From a virus, in the IMG/VR virus record IMGVR_UViG_3300044632_002025: a DNA stretch of 64,000 bases; one strand, written 5' to 3'. Position 1 is the first letter of the stretch, and each line of letters starts with the position of its first letter. Positions 48,346 to 59,452 of the stretch are shown here, one piece after another. The notes below the pieces were generated by a model that was not told where the DNA came from, searched no databases, and was given only the letters and a program-made list of their open reading frames with translations. The position numbers and the translations under genes were made by a program.

Positions 48346-51300
48346 ATGCCAGAACAGCAAGGATACAATGTATCGTCACTATTTGTTTCGATAGGATTAG
48401 ATACAAGTCCAGCAGAAAGAACTTTAAACCAATTTGAGAACTTATTGCAAAGTTCTGTAAATCGGTTAATCTTCACATTTACAGAAGACGTATCGCAAAG
48501 ATTCGCCAGAAGTTTTGAAGGTCTAGGTCGTGGCATTGGTAACTCTGTCCAAAGAAGTCTGAACGAGGCTATGGGGCAAACCAAGAGAATTGAGAAAGAA
48601 GCCACAGAATCCTTAGCAAATATAAATAAAGCGGCTCAAACAGGTTTAAGTGAAGTATCAAGTGCCACAACTGGGGCTTTAAGTGAGGTCAACAAAGCCT
48701 TAAAAGATTTAGAAGCCAATTCCAAAAAAACCTTAGAAAACACTCAAAAAGAAGTAAAACGACAATTAGACGGTATAAGAAATTTAGCGGCATCCTCCAA
48801 TCTAGACCAAGATAAGGTAATAGGGGCGATGGCCGGTAGTCTTTCTAGGCAACTAAAAGCGATGGACTTTTCGCAAATAGAGGGGAGTTTACAAGCTATT
48901 CAAAGAAAAGCTTTAGATTTAGGGTCTACACTGGAAAAACAGGTAGGAGACATAAGAAATAGCCTAGCCCAACCTGCGGAAGAATTAGAAAAGGCATTAA
49001 ATAACTCGTTAAAAAAGACCCAAGAAGCAGTAGGAATAGCTGACAAAGCCTTAGAAGAATCTGGGGTAAAATTTGCTGAAAAAGTAGGTTCAGCCTACAA
49101 ACAAGCATCGGAAACTTTTGCTAAAGAAGGAGTAGGTTCAGCAGAGAAAGCGATAAATAGTCTATCAAAAGGTGTAGAATCCGCAATTAAAGAATATGAG
49201 AGAGCGGTAGAAAGTACAGCCAACGATTTGTCTAAAAAAGCGCAACAGTTTCAAGTCTTGGGTACAACTGTGGCCATGGCTGAAGCCGAAAGACTTTATG
49301 CTTTAGCCAATAGTGTTCGTTTAACGTCAGTGAACACCATAGCATCAGTGAGAGAAAGTGCTACCCAAGCAACCCAAAGCATATCCAAAGAAATGGGTAA
49401 AGCGGGGAGTGAAGCGGGGTCTGCATTCGGAGGTGGATTTGGAGCGGCTTTAGGGGGGGTCGTTGGTGGCCCGGTGGGAAGTCTTCTAGGTGCGGCAATA
49501 GCAGAAGCCCTGGCCAACGGACTTCAGTTAGCTTTAAACTCCAGAATGGAGGTCATTAAAGCTACTCTCGGCGGTTATATGAACACGGTAGCCCGTGGGA
49601 TGATGAACTTTGCCGAAGAAGAAAGGCGTATAAACATGGGTTTATATGTTACGGGGAAAAGGGAAGGCTTTGGACAAGATAGTGAGGAATTTAACACAAA
49701 ATCTAAGGACGTACAGAGGGCAGTTACCTTGACTGCATCTGACCTGTCTTATGGACGGGTAGAAATTGCGGAACTATTCAAACAATTGGTAAAAGCCGGG
49801 TTTAATTATAATGAGATTATAGGTGGAACAACCCCCGAAGAAATGAGACGGGGGGCATTGTATCAAACTGCTGGTTTAGGGGAAGCAGTAGAGTTACCAG
49901 GAGACCAATTAGATGAAACCAGCATCTTAGTAAAACAATTTAAAATGGCATTCCCTGAAAATAGTATAAAAACTATTGTTAGAGAAATCGCCGCATTGGG
50001 ACTGTCCACTCCTGCCCAATTTGATAGATTTAAATATGCAACTCAGGATTCGCTATCTGCGGCGGCCGTAGCTGGAATCCCGATGAGAGATGTGATGCAA
50101 GGGTTTGCAACGATGTTTAACTTAAGTACCCCTGAAGTAGCGGGTACAATGTTAAAAACCATCTACAACGGTATAAGTGGGGGTAATGTAAACCGCCAGA
50201 TGTACGGGGTAGTGTCCAAGTATTATCAGGGAGAGGATGGGCAAGGAGATTTACTAACAGCATTAAGAAATCCTGGAGACTTTGCCGCAGAATTTGCTAG
50301 ATTAGACACTGTGATGGATTCAATCCTGAAAAAGGGTGAGGCAGTGGGAATTGCGGGGATGGAGAATGTAACAGGAGACTATTACAAAAGTCTAGGGTTA
50401 CAAGAACAAGCAGATATGAGGGCTAGAGGGGTATCTAATCTGTTCGGTGGTGGAGACACCTTCCAAATTGGTTATAGAAACTTAACTCTTGAAGGACGTG
50501 AAAAAGCAGAAGAACAAAAACGAGAGTTTGCCAACTTTAATAATGAGAAAGACGGGGAATTACTACCCGACTTCATTCGACTGCGCCAAAAGGGATTAAA
50601 GGGGGCAATGGAGTTAATCGAATCCACCAAAGAAAACGTGGAATCGTTTGCCGCTAAATTGGCTCCTGGTTTTACTCAAATGGTGCTATTTTTCAACAAA
50701 GTAGCCAACGAGTTAACTGCTGGTATGGAGAAGTTTTCCGGGCCACTGGAGAGAATATCTGAAAAATTAGGCGAAGTATTTGGCAATCTATCAGAGAATA
50801 AACTCATTGATAAATTTGTGGATGGAATTTCCAGTACAATGGGTAATGTTGGTAGAATCTTTGAGAACTGGTTAAACTCAGCAATAGAATTTGTATCTAA
50901 AGGGGAAAACGTAGATACAGTATTTTTAAATCTTAACAATCTGTTATCGGATTTTGCGGGGTTAATGCAAAACCTAGCAGTAGCATTTAAGTCATTTCTA
51001 CCTTTGATAAACGAAGCCACTGGTGCATTATCTAAAGCGGGGGTAGAGTCCGAAGTAAGACAAGTTTCAGAAGAACTAAAAATCAGGGGAGTAGGAGAGG
51101 TTAGTGAAAGAGTATTTAACTATGGGAGTCAAGTAGGCAATGTAGAGGGAATTAAAATTACAAACTCCGAGGCACTAGGGACAGTATCGGAGGAAGAAGC
51201 TAAACAAATAGCAAAATCCATTAAGGGTAAAAGCTCTACTGCCACACAAAGTTATATAAGAACTGGGAGAGAACGGTCTCATGCTGGAATGTTTGGGGCA

Positions 51301-54300
51301 GTAACAGCCCCAGAAAGTTTTGCGGATGTGGATGAATCTACCAGTGTTGGGTTAATCCAACAAGGAATGAAAAGGGTAGAAGCTAACGGTAGAACCTACT
51401 ATATAACCGGAGGTACAGGGGAGGGTCAGAGTCAGTTTTACGAATTAATAGATGGTGATTTTAGAAAGGCCACAGGAACAATCGACTCAGACCCTAAAAC
51501 CCGTGAAAATCTGATAGAAACTCTAATGCCTAGGGAGGGGAATAATCCCCCCCCAATGGATTTATCAACGGCTGGTATGGGGTCATTCCTAAATCCTAAA
51601 ATACTGGCAGAAATCGCTAAGGAAAATGGGAATCTTAAAAACCGTCAAGCCGCCACATTAGAAGCCCAACAATCAAGAGTTCGGGACTTATTTGGTAATA
51701 ATGCAGTTTTTGATGAGAAAACAGGGAAAGTAAGAGAACAGGATAGTGAGGGTAACAGAGCAGATTTATCTTCTAGTAGTTTCGGTACAGAGGCATTATC
51801 CAAAACCCCTGAACGTCTGAATGCCTTAATCCGTACTGGGGCAGGTCTAGAGGGAAGTTCTGCGGAGCAAGCCCTAAGAGAAACGGCAAGCAGAAGCAAA
51901 ATCACCAATCTACAAACAATTACTGGTCTATCTTCTGGTAAAACCAAAGGTAAAGAGGGGGAAGCCTTCTTATTAAGTCAAGCAGATGTCTTAGAAACGG
52001 TAAGGAGAAATGAGAAAGAAGGGGCGGACATAGCCAAAACTGCTTCGGAGTTAACACAAGACACAACCAAAGAATTAGAGGAAGCCCTACGGAAAAAGGG
52101 ACAATTAAAACCTGCGTGGGATAGAATTAAGAAACAGATTGAGTCTGGAGAAATTGTAGGGGACAGCACAACGTTCCTAGAACAATTTATCACAAAAGCC
52201 CGTGAAAAGGTAAGCGACAATAAAACCCCGTTTGCCGAAAGAAATGCAATGAATGAGAATTTAATTGCATTGACTAAAGATTTAAACACGGATAAACCAA
52301 AACCTTTAGAAAAACCTGGGGCAGTTAAAGAAGGTGTTCCTGCTGACCTAGAAAAGTACCGTCGTCTTATTGACGATATGAACCGGAGCAGAATTGAGCA
52401 AGAAAACCAGATTCTCCAACTAAGGCAAAAATCTTTAGAATTGGAGCGTCAATCTTTTGTGTTGGCTACGGCATTTAAAGGACAAGTAAATGCTAATTTG
52501 GAGCAATTCTTTGGTATCTTAAGTCAGGCAGAAAATACCCTGTTAGGGAATCAGACAAAACTAAGACAAATAGACCAATTCTTTGTTGACCGTCGGAACA
52601 ATCTTGCTAATCAGTTTAAAGATGTAAACCCGCAGGTAGGTGGGGGCATCCAGGACAACTATGAGGGTACGGGGCAACCAGTATTTGTACCTAAAGCATC
52701 CCCTGATAAAAATGTTAATGCACTATCTAAAGACTTGATAAAAGGGCAATTAGATGCTATCAAAGAGAAACAGAATGAAAGGGCTGAGATTGCTAAACAG
52801 AATGAGCTAATTCAGCGTAATCTTACCCAACAAATAAGAAATGCTGTAGCCCAAACGTTCCAACAAGCCACAAACACAGCAACTGGGTTAGCCTCATCTT
52901 TCGGGGGTAACAGTGAGTTTATGGTAAAAACCACTCAACTCTTTGATGGGGTAAGAACTCAAGGGGTACAATTAGCTCAACAAATACAAGCCTTAAAAGT
53001 TATTCAACAGACAAATCCTAGTGGTTTTGGGGCGCAGGATGCTAAAGCCCTCTCAGGATTAGAAGGTGTATTTAAGCAAATTCCCAGGATGCTGAAGGAA
53101 GCGTTAGGAGACGCACTTGCTTCCCTACTCCGTCAGGTAAATACTTTCTTCCAAGACCTATCAGAACGGTCTAGACAAAGAAGTAATGAATTGATGGGTA
53201 TGGTGATGCCTGGTGGAGCTTCTTCGGGTTTATTGACGATTGTGGGGGACTTACAAAATAGTCTGTTCAAAAATCAACAAGAGAGTTTAGAACTACAACA
53301 AGAATCTTCACAGATAAGAAGACAAGTAGAGCTAAACCGTTCACTGGGGGCTGTGTTCCCTGACCAATTCTTTGCCCAAAAAGTATCGATGGGTGAGGCA
53401 TCTATAGGTGTGAATGATGCAAAAAGAGGGGGGTTAGAGTTAGAAGCTAAAAATCTCCTAGAGACTTCCAAAATTAAAGCCAATATAACCTACTTCAACA
53501 GCTTTATTGAGTTATTTCAAGGAGCTAGAGGTCTTAGCAGAGGATTCAGTAGTGTCTCAGATGCTGTAACAGAAGTAGAGCAAAGACGAGAAGCAATTAC
53601 TAAATCTATCTTCGACTTAGAAACTCAAATACAGCTAATGGAATCTCAACTTGAGACCATGAATAGTGTATTTGGTTCTCTGAGTTTAGTTGACCGTGAG
53701 AGACTAGAAGAAGGTAAGAAATATTTAGAGCAACAAAAACAAGCCACAATAGCCCTTCAAAAAATCAATGATGCACTAAGAGGGGAATTAGGGAAATTGG
53801 CAATAGCTAAAGTCCAAGAGGATGCTAGGGGTAATGCTCAAAGTGCATTGATGGAATCTAATTCTGCCCGGTCACAAATTCTCGGAATGTCAGATTCCCG
53901 GTCTACTCGTAGGGAAGCCGCTTCTATAGATTTAGAAAATTCCCGTATTGATGCAATAAAAAGAGTAACAGAAGCTACTCTCAAAAGTGCTGAAGAAAGA
54001 GCTAATATAGTTGCAGAATTAGCCAACATGGACTCAAATGCGGCTAAGGGTATGTATAACACACCTGAAGCTCAAGCGGAAATAGCTAGAAAATATGTTG
54101 AGTACCAATCTCGACTCATAGCAATAGACAATGAAGTTGGGAATGCCCGTGTGATGGCGTACAACAACTTAAAAGTCCAAGTTGAAAAATCTGCCTTAGA
54201 GTTGGATGAAGGCTATCGTGCAAACGTTCAAATAGCCAATACTGTTGATGGGGCTTTCTCCAATCTTTATGATATTCTCACCGACTCCAGTAAATCTTTT

Positions 54301-56184
54301 GCTGATAGAATGAGAGATTTTTCCCAGAGTTTAATCAAAGACTTTGGACGGATAGGTTGGGAACAATTGAGGGATGTGATTGTATCCCCCTTCAAGGATA
54401 TGCTAACTAAAAGAGACACATCTGGGATATTAAACCCAAGTATGCCTGATTTTAGTAGGGTGGGGGCTAATTTAAACTTCCAGTCCGCCGCAATGTCCAA
54501 CCCTGACGACCCGAAATCGAAGGAAAAACTCAGAGAGCAAATTTTAGCTGTAGATGCCCAACAACAAACAGCATTAAAAGAGTTAAACGAGAGAATGCGT
54601 CGTCAAATAGTTTCCTCTGCCAACATAGATGATGCGGGCAAAGCGGCTTCTACGATGTATTCAACTTTGGCCAAGGAAATTGCTAACAACACTAAGGACG
54701 CTGAATTATCTAAATTAATCTCAATAGGTTCTGCGAATGGTCAAGAAGGTATGGCAACAAATATTGCCTTACAAACTTCCATTCAAGAAAACATCAAAAA
54801 CACGCTGTTGCAAAGTCAGACTACACTGAAAGAGATTTTAGTTAAGTTAAGCTCTAATACTGTACAAAACCCAACAGCTAATCCTCAATATTCTTCAACC
54901 GCTAACACCCAGTATCCTAGTAACTTTGGTGCTGAGATTCTACCCCCGCCTCCTAACGTAAAACCTGGTACAAAGCCCCAAACTGGCTCCCAGTCTAATG
55001 TTTTACCTGCTCCCCCCAGTGTTGGGCAAACTCCGGTTAAACCCCAACCTAAACCTAAACCAGTTGTCAATGAACAAGCAGTAGATTACCAATTGAATAA
55101 CAACCCTGCCAACGCAGAGTTTAATCGTTTGTTCAAAGAGAGAAAGAGACAAGGATTGACAGGGGGAACCCTAGAGAGAACTGGGAAACCAGAAGTACCA
55201 CAACCGCTTAAGGATGAGGACACCCGGAGGATTCTGGATGACCAGTTAAGAAGGGGGATGTTTAAAAATGAGAAGAATCGCACTCGTAGAAATCTACAGA
55301 ATCAGTTAAGAAGTTCTACCCCTAATGAAACTCTTGTTTCAGGGTTAATGGGGGATATGCCGGTAGATTGGTTTGGGGCTTCAACCCCCACTTCTAACTT
55401 CCAATCCCTAACTAATCTCCAAATGGGTACAGGATTAGACCGACTTATCCTTGACAATCTTCAAACGGGTTCAGGATTAAACCCTGGCAATTTCTTAATG
55501 GGTTTAGGGCTACAACAAGGGCAAGGGCAAGGATTTGGTGCTACCCCAGCTTTCTCATTGGAAAATTTAGATATGCTCAGTGTCGCCTCCCAACAAGGGG
55601 GTGGAGGTTGGTTATCTAAATTTCTAGGGGGAATGGGGGGTATGAACTGGATGAGCATGGGTATGATGGCATTACCCTTTATCATGTCCCTATTTAATTC
55701 TGGGAAGCGTAAAAGATACAACTCCGGAGGGGTTGTCCCCGGTGCTGGTACTACCGATACTGTACCTGCCATGTTAACTCCTGGTGAGGGGATTTTAACC
55801 AACGCTGGTATGTCCAGAATTGGTGGTGAGAAAAATCTTTATGCCTTGAACTCTGGCAGTCTGAAAATGGGGGCGATTCAACCCCCCAAAAACTTAGGGA
55901 TGCCCAATCTACCTACCGCAGAAGCCAACAAGAGTAAGAGTGCAATACCCGTTCCAGTTAAAACGGAGGCTGAAAAAACGATAGCCCAATATATGGGTGG
56001 TAATGAGGAATACAGCTTACCACCAATTGAACTATCGTACACCAGCACTACCATAGCTGGTCAAAATTATGTTACCGAACAAATGTTCAAGTCGGCCATT
56101 GAGCAATCAGTGGAACGGGCTAAAATGGAAGTTTTCGGTACATTAAAAAATTCCCCCAACACTAGGCGTAAATTGGGGCTTTGA
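48346..56184 (+). CDS. Tail tape measure protein (2612 aa)
   Basis: Very long, A/Q/E/K-rich helical ORF directly upstream of tail-tip genes. G-rich hydrophobic patches, and the C-terminal motif TDTVPAMLTPGEGIL is common in tape measure proteins. Confidence 0.85.
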   Translation: MPEQQGYNVSSLFVSIGLDTSPAERTLNQFENLLQSSVNRLIFTFTEDVSQRFARSFEGLGRGIGNSVQRSLNEAMGQTKRIEKEATESLANINKAAQTGLSEVSSATTGALSEVNKALKDLEANSKKTLENTQKEVKRQLDGIRNLAASSNLDQDKVIGAMAGSLSRQLKAMDFSQIEGSLQAIQRKALDLGSTLEKQVGDIRNSLAQPAEELEKALNNSLKKTQEAVGIADKALEESGVKFAEKVGSAYKQASETFAKEGVGSAEKAINSLSKGVESAIKEYERAVESTANDLSKKAQQFQVLGTTVAMAEAERLYALANSVRLTSVNTIASVRESATQATQSISKEMGKAGSEAGSAFGGGFGAALGGVVGGPVGSLLGAAIAEALANGLQLALNSRMEVIKATLGGYMNTVARGMMNFAEEERRINMGLYVTGKREGFGQDSEEFNTKSKDVQRAVTLTASDLSYGRVEIAELFKQLVKAGFNYNEIIGGTTPEEMRRGALYQTAGLGEAVELPGDQLDETSILVKQFKMAFPENSIKTIVREIAALGLSTPAQFDRFKYATQDSLSAAAVAGIPMRDVMQGFATMFNLSTPEVAGTMLKTIYNGISGGNVNRQMYGVVSKYYQGEDGQGDLLTALRNPGDFAAEFARLDTVMDSILKKGEAVGIAGMENVTGDYYKSLGLQEQADMRARGVSNLFGGGDTFQIGYRNLTLEGREKAEEQKREFANFNNEKDGELLPDFIRLRQKGLKGAMELIESTKENVESFAAKLAPGFTQMVLFFNKVANELTAGMEKFSGPLERISEKLGEVFGNLSENKLIDKFVDGISSTMGNVGRIFENWLNSAIEFVSKGENVDTVFLNLNNLLSDFAGLMQNLAVAFKSFLPLINEATGALSKAGVESEVRQVSEELKIRGVGEVSERVFNYGSQVGNVEGIKITNSEALGTVSEEEAKQIAKSIKGKSSTATQSYIRTGRERSHAGMFGAVTAPESFADVDESTSVGLIQQGMKRVEANGRTYYITGGTGEGQSQFYELIDGDFRKATGTIDSDPKTRENLIETLMPREGNNPPPMDLSTAGMGSFLNPKILAEIAKENGNLKNRQAATLEAQQSRVRDLFGNNAVFDEKTGKVREQDSEGNRADLSSSSFGTEALSKTPERLNALIRTGAGLEGSSAEQALRETASRSKITNLQTITGLSSGKTKGKEGEAFLLSQADVLETVRRNEKEGADIAKTASELTQDTTKELEEALRKKGQLKPAWDRIKKQIESGEIVGDSTTFLEQFITKAREKVSDNKTPFAERNAMNENLIALTKDLNTDKPKPLEKPGAVKEGVPADLEKYRRLIDDMNRSRIEQENQILQLRQKSLELERQSFVLATAFKGQVNANLEQFFGILSQAENTLLGNQTKLRQIDQFFVDRRNNLANQFKDVNPQVGGGIQDNYEGTGQPVFVPKASPDKNVNALSKDLIKGQLDAIKEKQNERAEIAKQNELIQRNLTQQIRNAVAQTFQQATNTATGLASSFGGNSEFMVKTTQLFDGVRTQGVQLAQQIQALKVIQQTNPSGFGAQDAKALSGLEGVFKQIPRMLKEALGDALASLLRQVNTFFQDLSERSRQRSNELMGMVMPGGASSGLLTIVGDLQNSLFKNQQESLELQQESSQIRRQVELNRSLGAVFPDQFFAQKVSMGEASIGVNDAKRGGLELEAKNLLETSKIKANITYFNSFIELFQGARGLSRGFSSVSDAVTEVEQRREAITKSIFDLETQIQLMESQLETMNSVFGSLSLVDRERLEEGKKYLEQQKQATIALQKINDALRGELGKLAIAKVQEDARGNAQSALMESNSARSQILGMSDSRSTRREAASIDLENSRIDAIKRVTEATLKSAEERANIVAELANMDSNAAKGMYNTPEAQAEIARKYVEYQSRLIAIDNEVGNARVMAYNNLKVQVEKSALELDEGYRANVQIANTVDGAFSNLYDILTDSSKSFADRMRDFSQSLIKDFGRIGWEQLRDVIVSPFKDMLTKRDTSGILNPSMPDFSRVGANLNFQSAAMSNPDDPKSKEKLREQILAVDAQQQTALKELNERMRRQIVSSANIDDAGKAASTMYSTLAKEIANNTKDAELSKLISIGSANGQEGMATNIALQTSIQENIKNTLLQSQTTLKEILVKLSSNTVQNPTANPQYSSTANTQYPSNFGAEILPPPPNVKPGTKPQTGSQSNVLPAPPSVGQTPVKPQPKPKPVVNEQAVDYQLNNNPANAEFNRLFKERKRQGLTGGTLERTGKPEVPQPLKDEDTRRILDDQLRRGMFKNEKNRTRRNLQNQLRSSTPNETLVSGLMGDMPVDWFGASTPTSNFQSLTNLQMGTGLDRLILDNLQTGSGLNPGNFLMGLGLQQGQGQGFGATPAFSLENLDMLSVASQQGGGGWLSKFLGGMGGMNWMSMGMMALPFIMSLFNSGKRKRYNSGGVVPGAGTTDTVPAMLTPGEGILTNAGMSRIGGEKNLYALNSGSLKMGAIQPPKNLGMPNLPTAEANKSKSAIPVPVKTEAEKTIAQYMGGNEEYSLPPIELSYTSTTIAGQNYVTEQMFKSAIEQSVERAKMEVFGTLKNSPNTRRKLGL

Positions 56185-56285
56185 CCAGGTTTAGGGGTTT
56201 AATTGAAATTCCCTAACAGAATCTTTCTTCGTCTCTTAAGTCAAACTGTATCGCTCAAACTAAAAGAAACCTGCCTTAATTTCGG

Positions 56286-58058
56286 ATGCCTTTAGAATTT
56301 CCGTCAAATCTAGCCCCCAACTTCTTTCATGTGGATAAACTACCCGATTACGGGCTAAAACTACATGAAAACGAATTAGGACGGGAAATTAGACGTTTTA
56401 CAGAGACTACAGGGAATGAAACAGAGTTAAGAGTTCTTTATACGGGGATGAGGGCTACGGAGGTAAATACTCTTTTATCCTTTTTCAGGGATACAAAGGG
56501 GACATTTGAAGCTTTTACCCTGCCAACAAGTTTTTACTTAAGTCCTGATGAAATCACTAACTCTTTGGCAGGATTAGACGACACAGAAACTTGGCGTTTC
56601 CTAAGACAACCAATAATAAAAACAATTATAAGTGATATTTACCAGACCGAAATAAACCTTATTTCGCTGAAAGAACCACCATCCCAAAGTTCAGGAAATG
56701 TAGTGGGGTTTGTGGAATCAGTGGTTTTAAGTTTAACACCTTCAAAAATAACACTAGCCCCCCTTCTTGTTAGTAGGGTTTTTGATTCAATCCAGTTGGA
56801 TTTTAGCGAGGGGGGTTCAACAGTTATTCCTAGAACTACCGCCCTACTCACTAATTTAAACTTTAGTCTAGCTAGTCTGACTACTTTGGCTAATGCGGGG
56901 GCGGGGGCATCATCTGGCAGTCTAAACTTTAGTCTACCCATAGTGATTCCCAGAATACCGGTGCTTATGGGTTTTGAATCTATAACACTAGAGTTAACAC
57001 AAGGTAGTACAGGTTACTATGAATTAGCAGGATGGGATGAAATGCAAAGCATAATAGTTTCTGGGACTTTTACATCGACATTAAGAACAATCCATCTGGT
57101 GAATACAGGTAGTGGTGTGGCATCCACAACTTTACCCTCAAATGCCCCTGATAATTCAATAATCATCTACTCGGATTATGCCGGTACAAGTAGCCAAAGC
57201 CCCACGGGGTTTGGGTTAAATAGTTTTACCCTGAACGCTCCTGCGGGTCAAACAATTCAGGGGCAAAATAGTAGGGTTTTTAACGTTGAAAACACTTCTA
57301 TTCAGTTGATAAAGAAAGGAACCCGTTGGAATATAGTAGGGACAGAATTGGCTACTGGAAATTCTAGTGGTGGTAATAATTTGCCAGTGGAGTCCCTTCA
57401 AACTCAGAACGGAGGTAACTTAGATTTAAATACTAATCAAGCTGGGAAAATTCTTGCAAATAGTGTCAACACCAGTAACTTTAATTTAACTTTAACTCAA
57501 AATACTTTATTTATTAACGGTTGGTACTGCTATGTAAGAAATGATAGTAATTGTATCATCACTGTAAATCCCTCATCGGGTGTAACAATAAACCATAGTA
57601 ACGGTTTAACACTAGGTCAAAATGAGTTAGGATTACTAATATGTAATGGAAGTAACAATTGGTATTTCCAAAAGCTATCTAACTTTATAAAATCGATTGG
57701 GAACGGGCTTAACTTATCTGGAGCGGGGGCATTAGCAACGACACCCCTTACAGAATCCATGGATGGGCAAATTGACTCCCCATCAAACAAAACATACACT
57801 TTAATAGCCAGTGCTAGATATGGTTTCACTATTGAAAACTTAACAGTCTTTACTACCAGTGGAACTTGTACTGTTGCCGTCCAAATTAATGGGGTAAATG
57901 TAGGGGCATTAAGTGGTATTAACGTGACTAGCTCTAGTCAAACTGTTAATAGTACGACGGCCAAGACAGTAACCACGGGACAACGAGTAACCTTCGTGGT
58001 ATCTAGTAACAGTAGTGCTAGTGAATTGGTTTTCTCTCTAGGAACCCTGAGAACTTAG
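56286..58058 (+). CDS. Tail protein: N-terminal gpM-like (distal tail) domain fused to an S/T/N-rich fibre-like C-terminal part
   Basis: The first ~130 aa are paralogous to 58527..58919, 63356..63790 and 63787.. (LPDYGL..E.RRF..., FF..TKG..EAFTLP, WRF..P, Y.TE..LISL). Confidence 0.6.
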   Translation: MPLEFPSNLAPNFFHVDKLPDYGLKLHENELGREIRRFTETTGNETELRVLYTGMRATEVNTLLSFFRDTKGTFEAFTLPTSFYLSPDEITNSLAGLDDTETWRFLRQPIIKTIISDIYQTEINLISLKEPPSQSSGNVVGFVESVVLSLTPSKITLAPLLVSRVFDSIQLDFSEGGSTVIPRTTALLTNLNFSLASLTTLANAGAGASSGSLNFSLPIVIPRIPVLMGFESITLELTQGSTGYYELAGWDEMQSIIVSGTFTSTLRTIHLVNTGSGVASTTLPSNAPDNSIIIYSDYAGTSSQSPTGFGLNSFTLNAPAGQTIQGQNSRVFNVENTSIQLIKKGTRWNIVGTELATGNSSGGNNLPVESLQTQNGGNLDLNTNQAGKILANSVNTSNFNLTLTQNTLFINGWYCYVRNDSNCIITVNPSSGVTINHSNGLTLGQNELGLLICNGSNNWYFQKLSNFIKSIGNGLNLSGAGALATTPLTESMDGQIDSPSNKTYTLIASARYGFTIENLTVFTTSGTCTVAVQINGVNVGALSGINVTSSSQTVNSTTAKTVTTGQRVTFVVSSNSSASELVFSLGTLRT

Positions 58059-58074
58059 ACAATAACGCCCAAAC
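58055..58074 (+). promoter_or_regulatory. Late-type motif TTAGACAATAACGCCCAAAC
   Basis: Identical core to 42457-42476. It lies 28 nt upstream of ATG 58102. Confidence 0.4.
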
Positions 58075-58101
58075 TAAGTCTAGTAAACCCGATAAAAACC
58101 T

Positions 58102-58524
58102 ATGCCATCATTTTTATTCAACGATGCTAAAACTAAAATTCTACAAGCGTTACTAGACCTTGATGGGGATACGTTTTATGCGTGTTTAGTAACAGCCAGT
58201 CCTGCGGCCACTGTAACCCAAAGAACCGGGTTGACCGAAGCTACAGGGGGTAATTATGCAATACAGGCTTTAACTGGAAGAATACTGGACAACCCGACGG
58301 CTTCGACTGTCAGATGGACATTCTCAAATCCTATTTGGAACAATTTGACTACTGCAAACTCCGCCCCAATAGTTGGGATGGTGATTGTGAAACAAGCTAG
58401 TGGAAGTCCTGCTACATCCGACCAACCAGTATGTTTTTTAGAGTTTAACACTGCTTTTACCCCAAGTGGAGCCACGTTCCAAGTGGATATTCCAGTTAAC
58501 ACCGGTATCCTAACCGCAACCTAA
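58102..58524 (+). CDS. Hypothetical tail-module protein
   Basis: 140-aa ORF tightly packed between tail genes. Confidence 0.55.
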   Translation: MPSFLFNDAKTKILQALLDLDGDTFYACLVTASPAATVTQRTGLTEATGGNYAIQALTGRILDNPTASTVRWTFSNPIWNNLTTANSAPIVGMVIVKQASGSPATSDQPVCFLEFNTAFTPSGATFQVDIPVNTGILTAT

Positions 58525-58526
58525 TC

Positions 58527-58919
58527 ATGTCTGGATTTACTTATCCCTCCCTAGTTCCCAACGTTATCGACAACTTAGAGTTGCCAGATTTCGGTGTAAA
58601 GATATACGACAATGATGACGGGTCTGAGACTCGGAGATTCGTTCATCAAACAGGGAACCATACCAAAATATTGTTAAAATATGAGGGGAGAAGTGAAATT
58701 GAAGTTTCGTCTCTAATCAATTTTTGGGGTCTGGTTAAGGGTATGAAGGAGGCCTTCATACTCCCTGAAGGAATTAATCGTCACCCTAGTGCTTACCAAT
58801 CCGGTATTAGCTTATTAGGGGATACAACTCTTTGGCGATTTGAAGCCCCCATTAAAATTGTTACAGTCTTTACAAAAATTTATAATTTTGATGTACCCCT
58901 AATTTCAGTAATTCAGTAA
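58527..58919 (+). CDS. gpM-like minor/distal tail protein
   Basis: LPDFGVKIYDNDDGSETRRF...LINFWGLVKGMKEAFILP...LWRFEAP...YNFDVPLISV follows the lambda gpM pattern as I recall it (FGDGYsQR ... FLeehgG..sF.W.PP ... f.aeFeqV). Confidence 0.5.
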   Translation: MSGFTYPSLVPNVIDNLELPDFGVKIYDNDDGSETRRFVHQTGNHTKILLKYEGRSEIEVSSLINFWGLVKGMKEAFILPEGINRHPSAYQSGISLLGDTTLWRFEAPIKIVTVFTKIYNFDVPLISVIQ

Positions 58920-58948
58920 CGATAACGCCCAGACTATAGAAAAGTTGA

Positions 58949-59449
58949 GTGATAAAACTGATGACAGCCCAAGCCCCACACTTATCACCTGAACATTTCT
59001 ATGGAAGATTGGTGTATCTGAAAACAAAGGAAGGTACAGAATACTACTTTCAGAATTTTCAGACAGCCCCCTACAGCTTTGAAGGGGAGAATTATCTCTA
59101 TCTTCCTTTCAGTATGTTATCTAGTAAAGAAGATTTGGAGATAAGTTCGTCTTCAGTGGAGATAATGTTGGCCAACACTGAAACACTCAGAAACTTATTA
59201 AGGGAGACTGATATTAGAGGGTGTAGGCTTAGAGTATACACAATCTTTCCCGAAGAAGAAGGGGCTATTTATGAAACACAAAATACCCGAATATCTTCCT
59301 ACTCTTTTCAAAAGGGAGTAGTCAGTGTCAGTTGTCGTTCCCCTGTAGATGCCATTTCTAATCAAATACCCTCTAAAGTATTTGACCCAGAAGTGTTCCC
59401 AGAGCTACCGTATGTGAACAGTGTAAAAACTAACTATAGACCCTTATAA
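58949..59449 (+). CDS. gpL-like minor tail protein
   Basis: Position after the gpM-like gene, plus the pattern LVYLKT..GTEYYFQN......Y.FEGENYLYLPF......VEIMLANTE...L......GCRLRVYTIF, comparable to lambda gpL. The start may be ATG 58961. Confidence 0.5.
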   Translation: MIKLMTAQAPHLSPEHFYGRLVYLKTKEGTEYYFQNFQTAPYSFEGENYLYLPFSMLSSKEDLEISSSSVEIMLANTETLRNLLRETDIRGCRLRVYTIFPEEEGAIYETQNTRISSYSFQKGVVSVSCRSPVDAISNQIPSKVFDPEVFPELPYVNSVKTNYRPL

Positions 59450-59452
59450 ATC

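Noticed and set aside
48926-55802. Many 60-115-aa antisense or out-of-frame ORFs inside the tape measure gene
   Set aside because: They are fully nested in a continuous 2612-codon ORF and are low-complexity translations typical of shadow ORFs.
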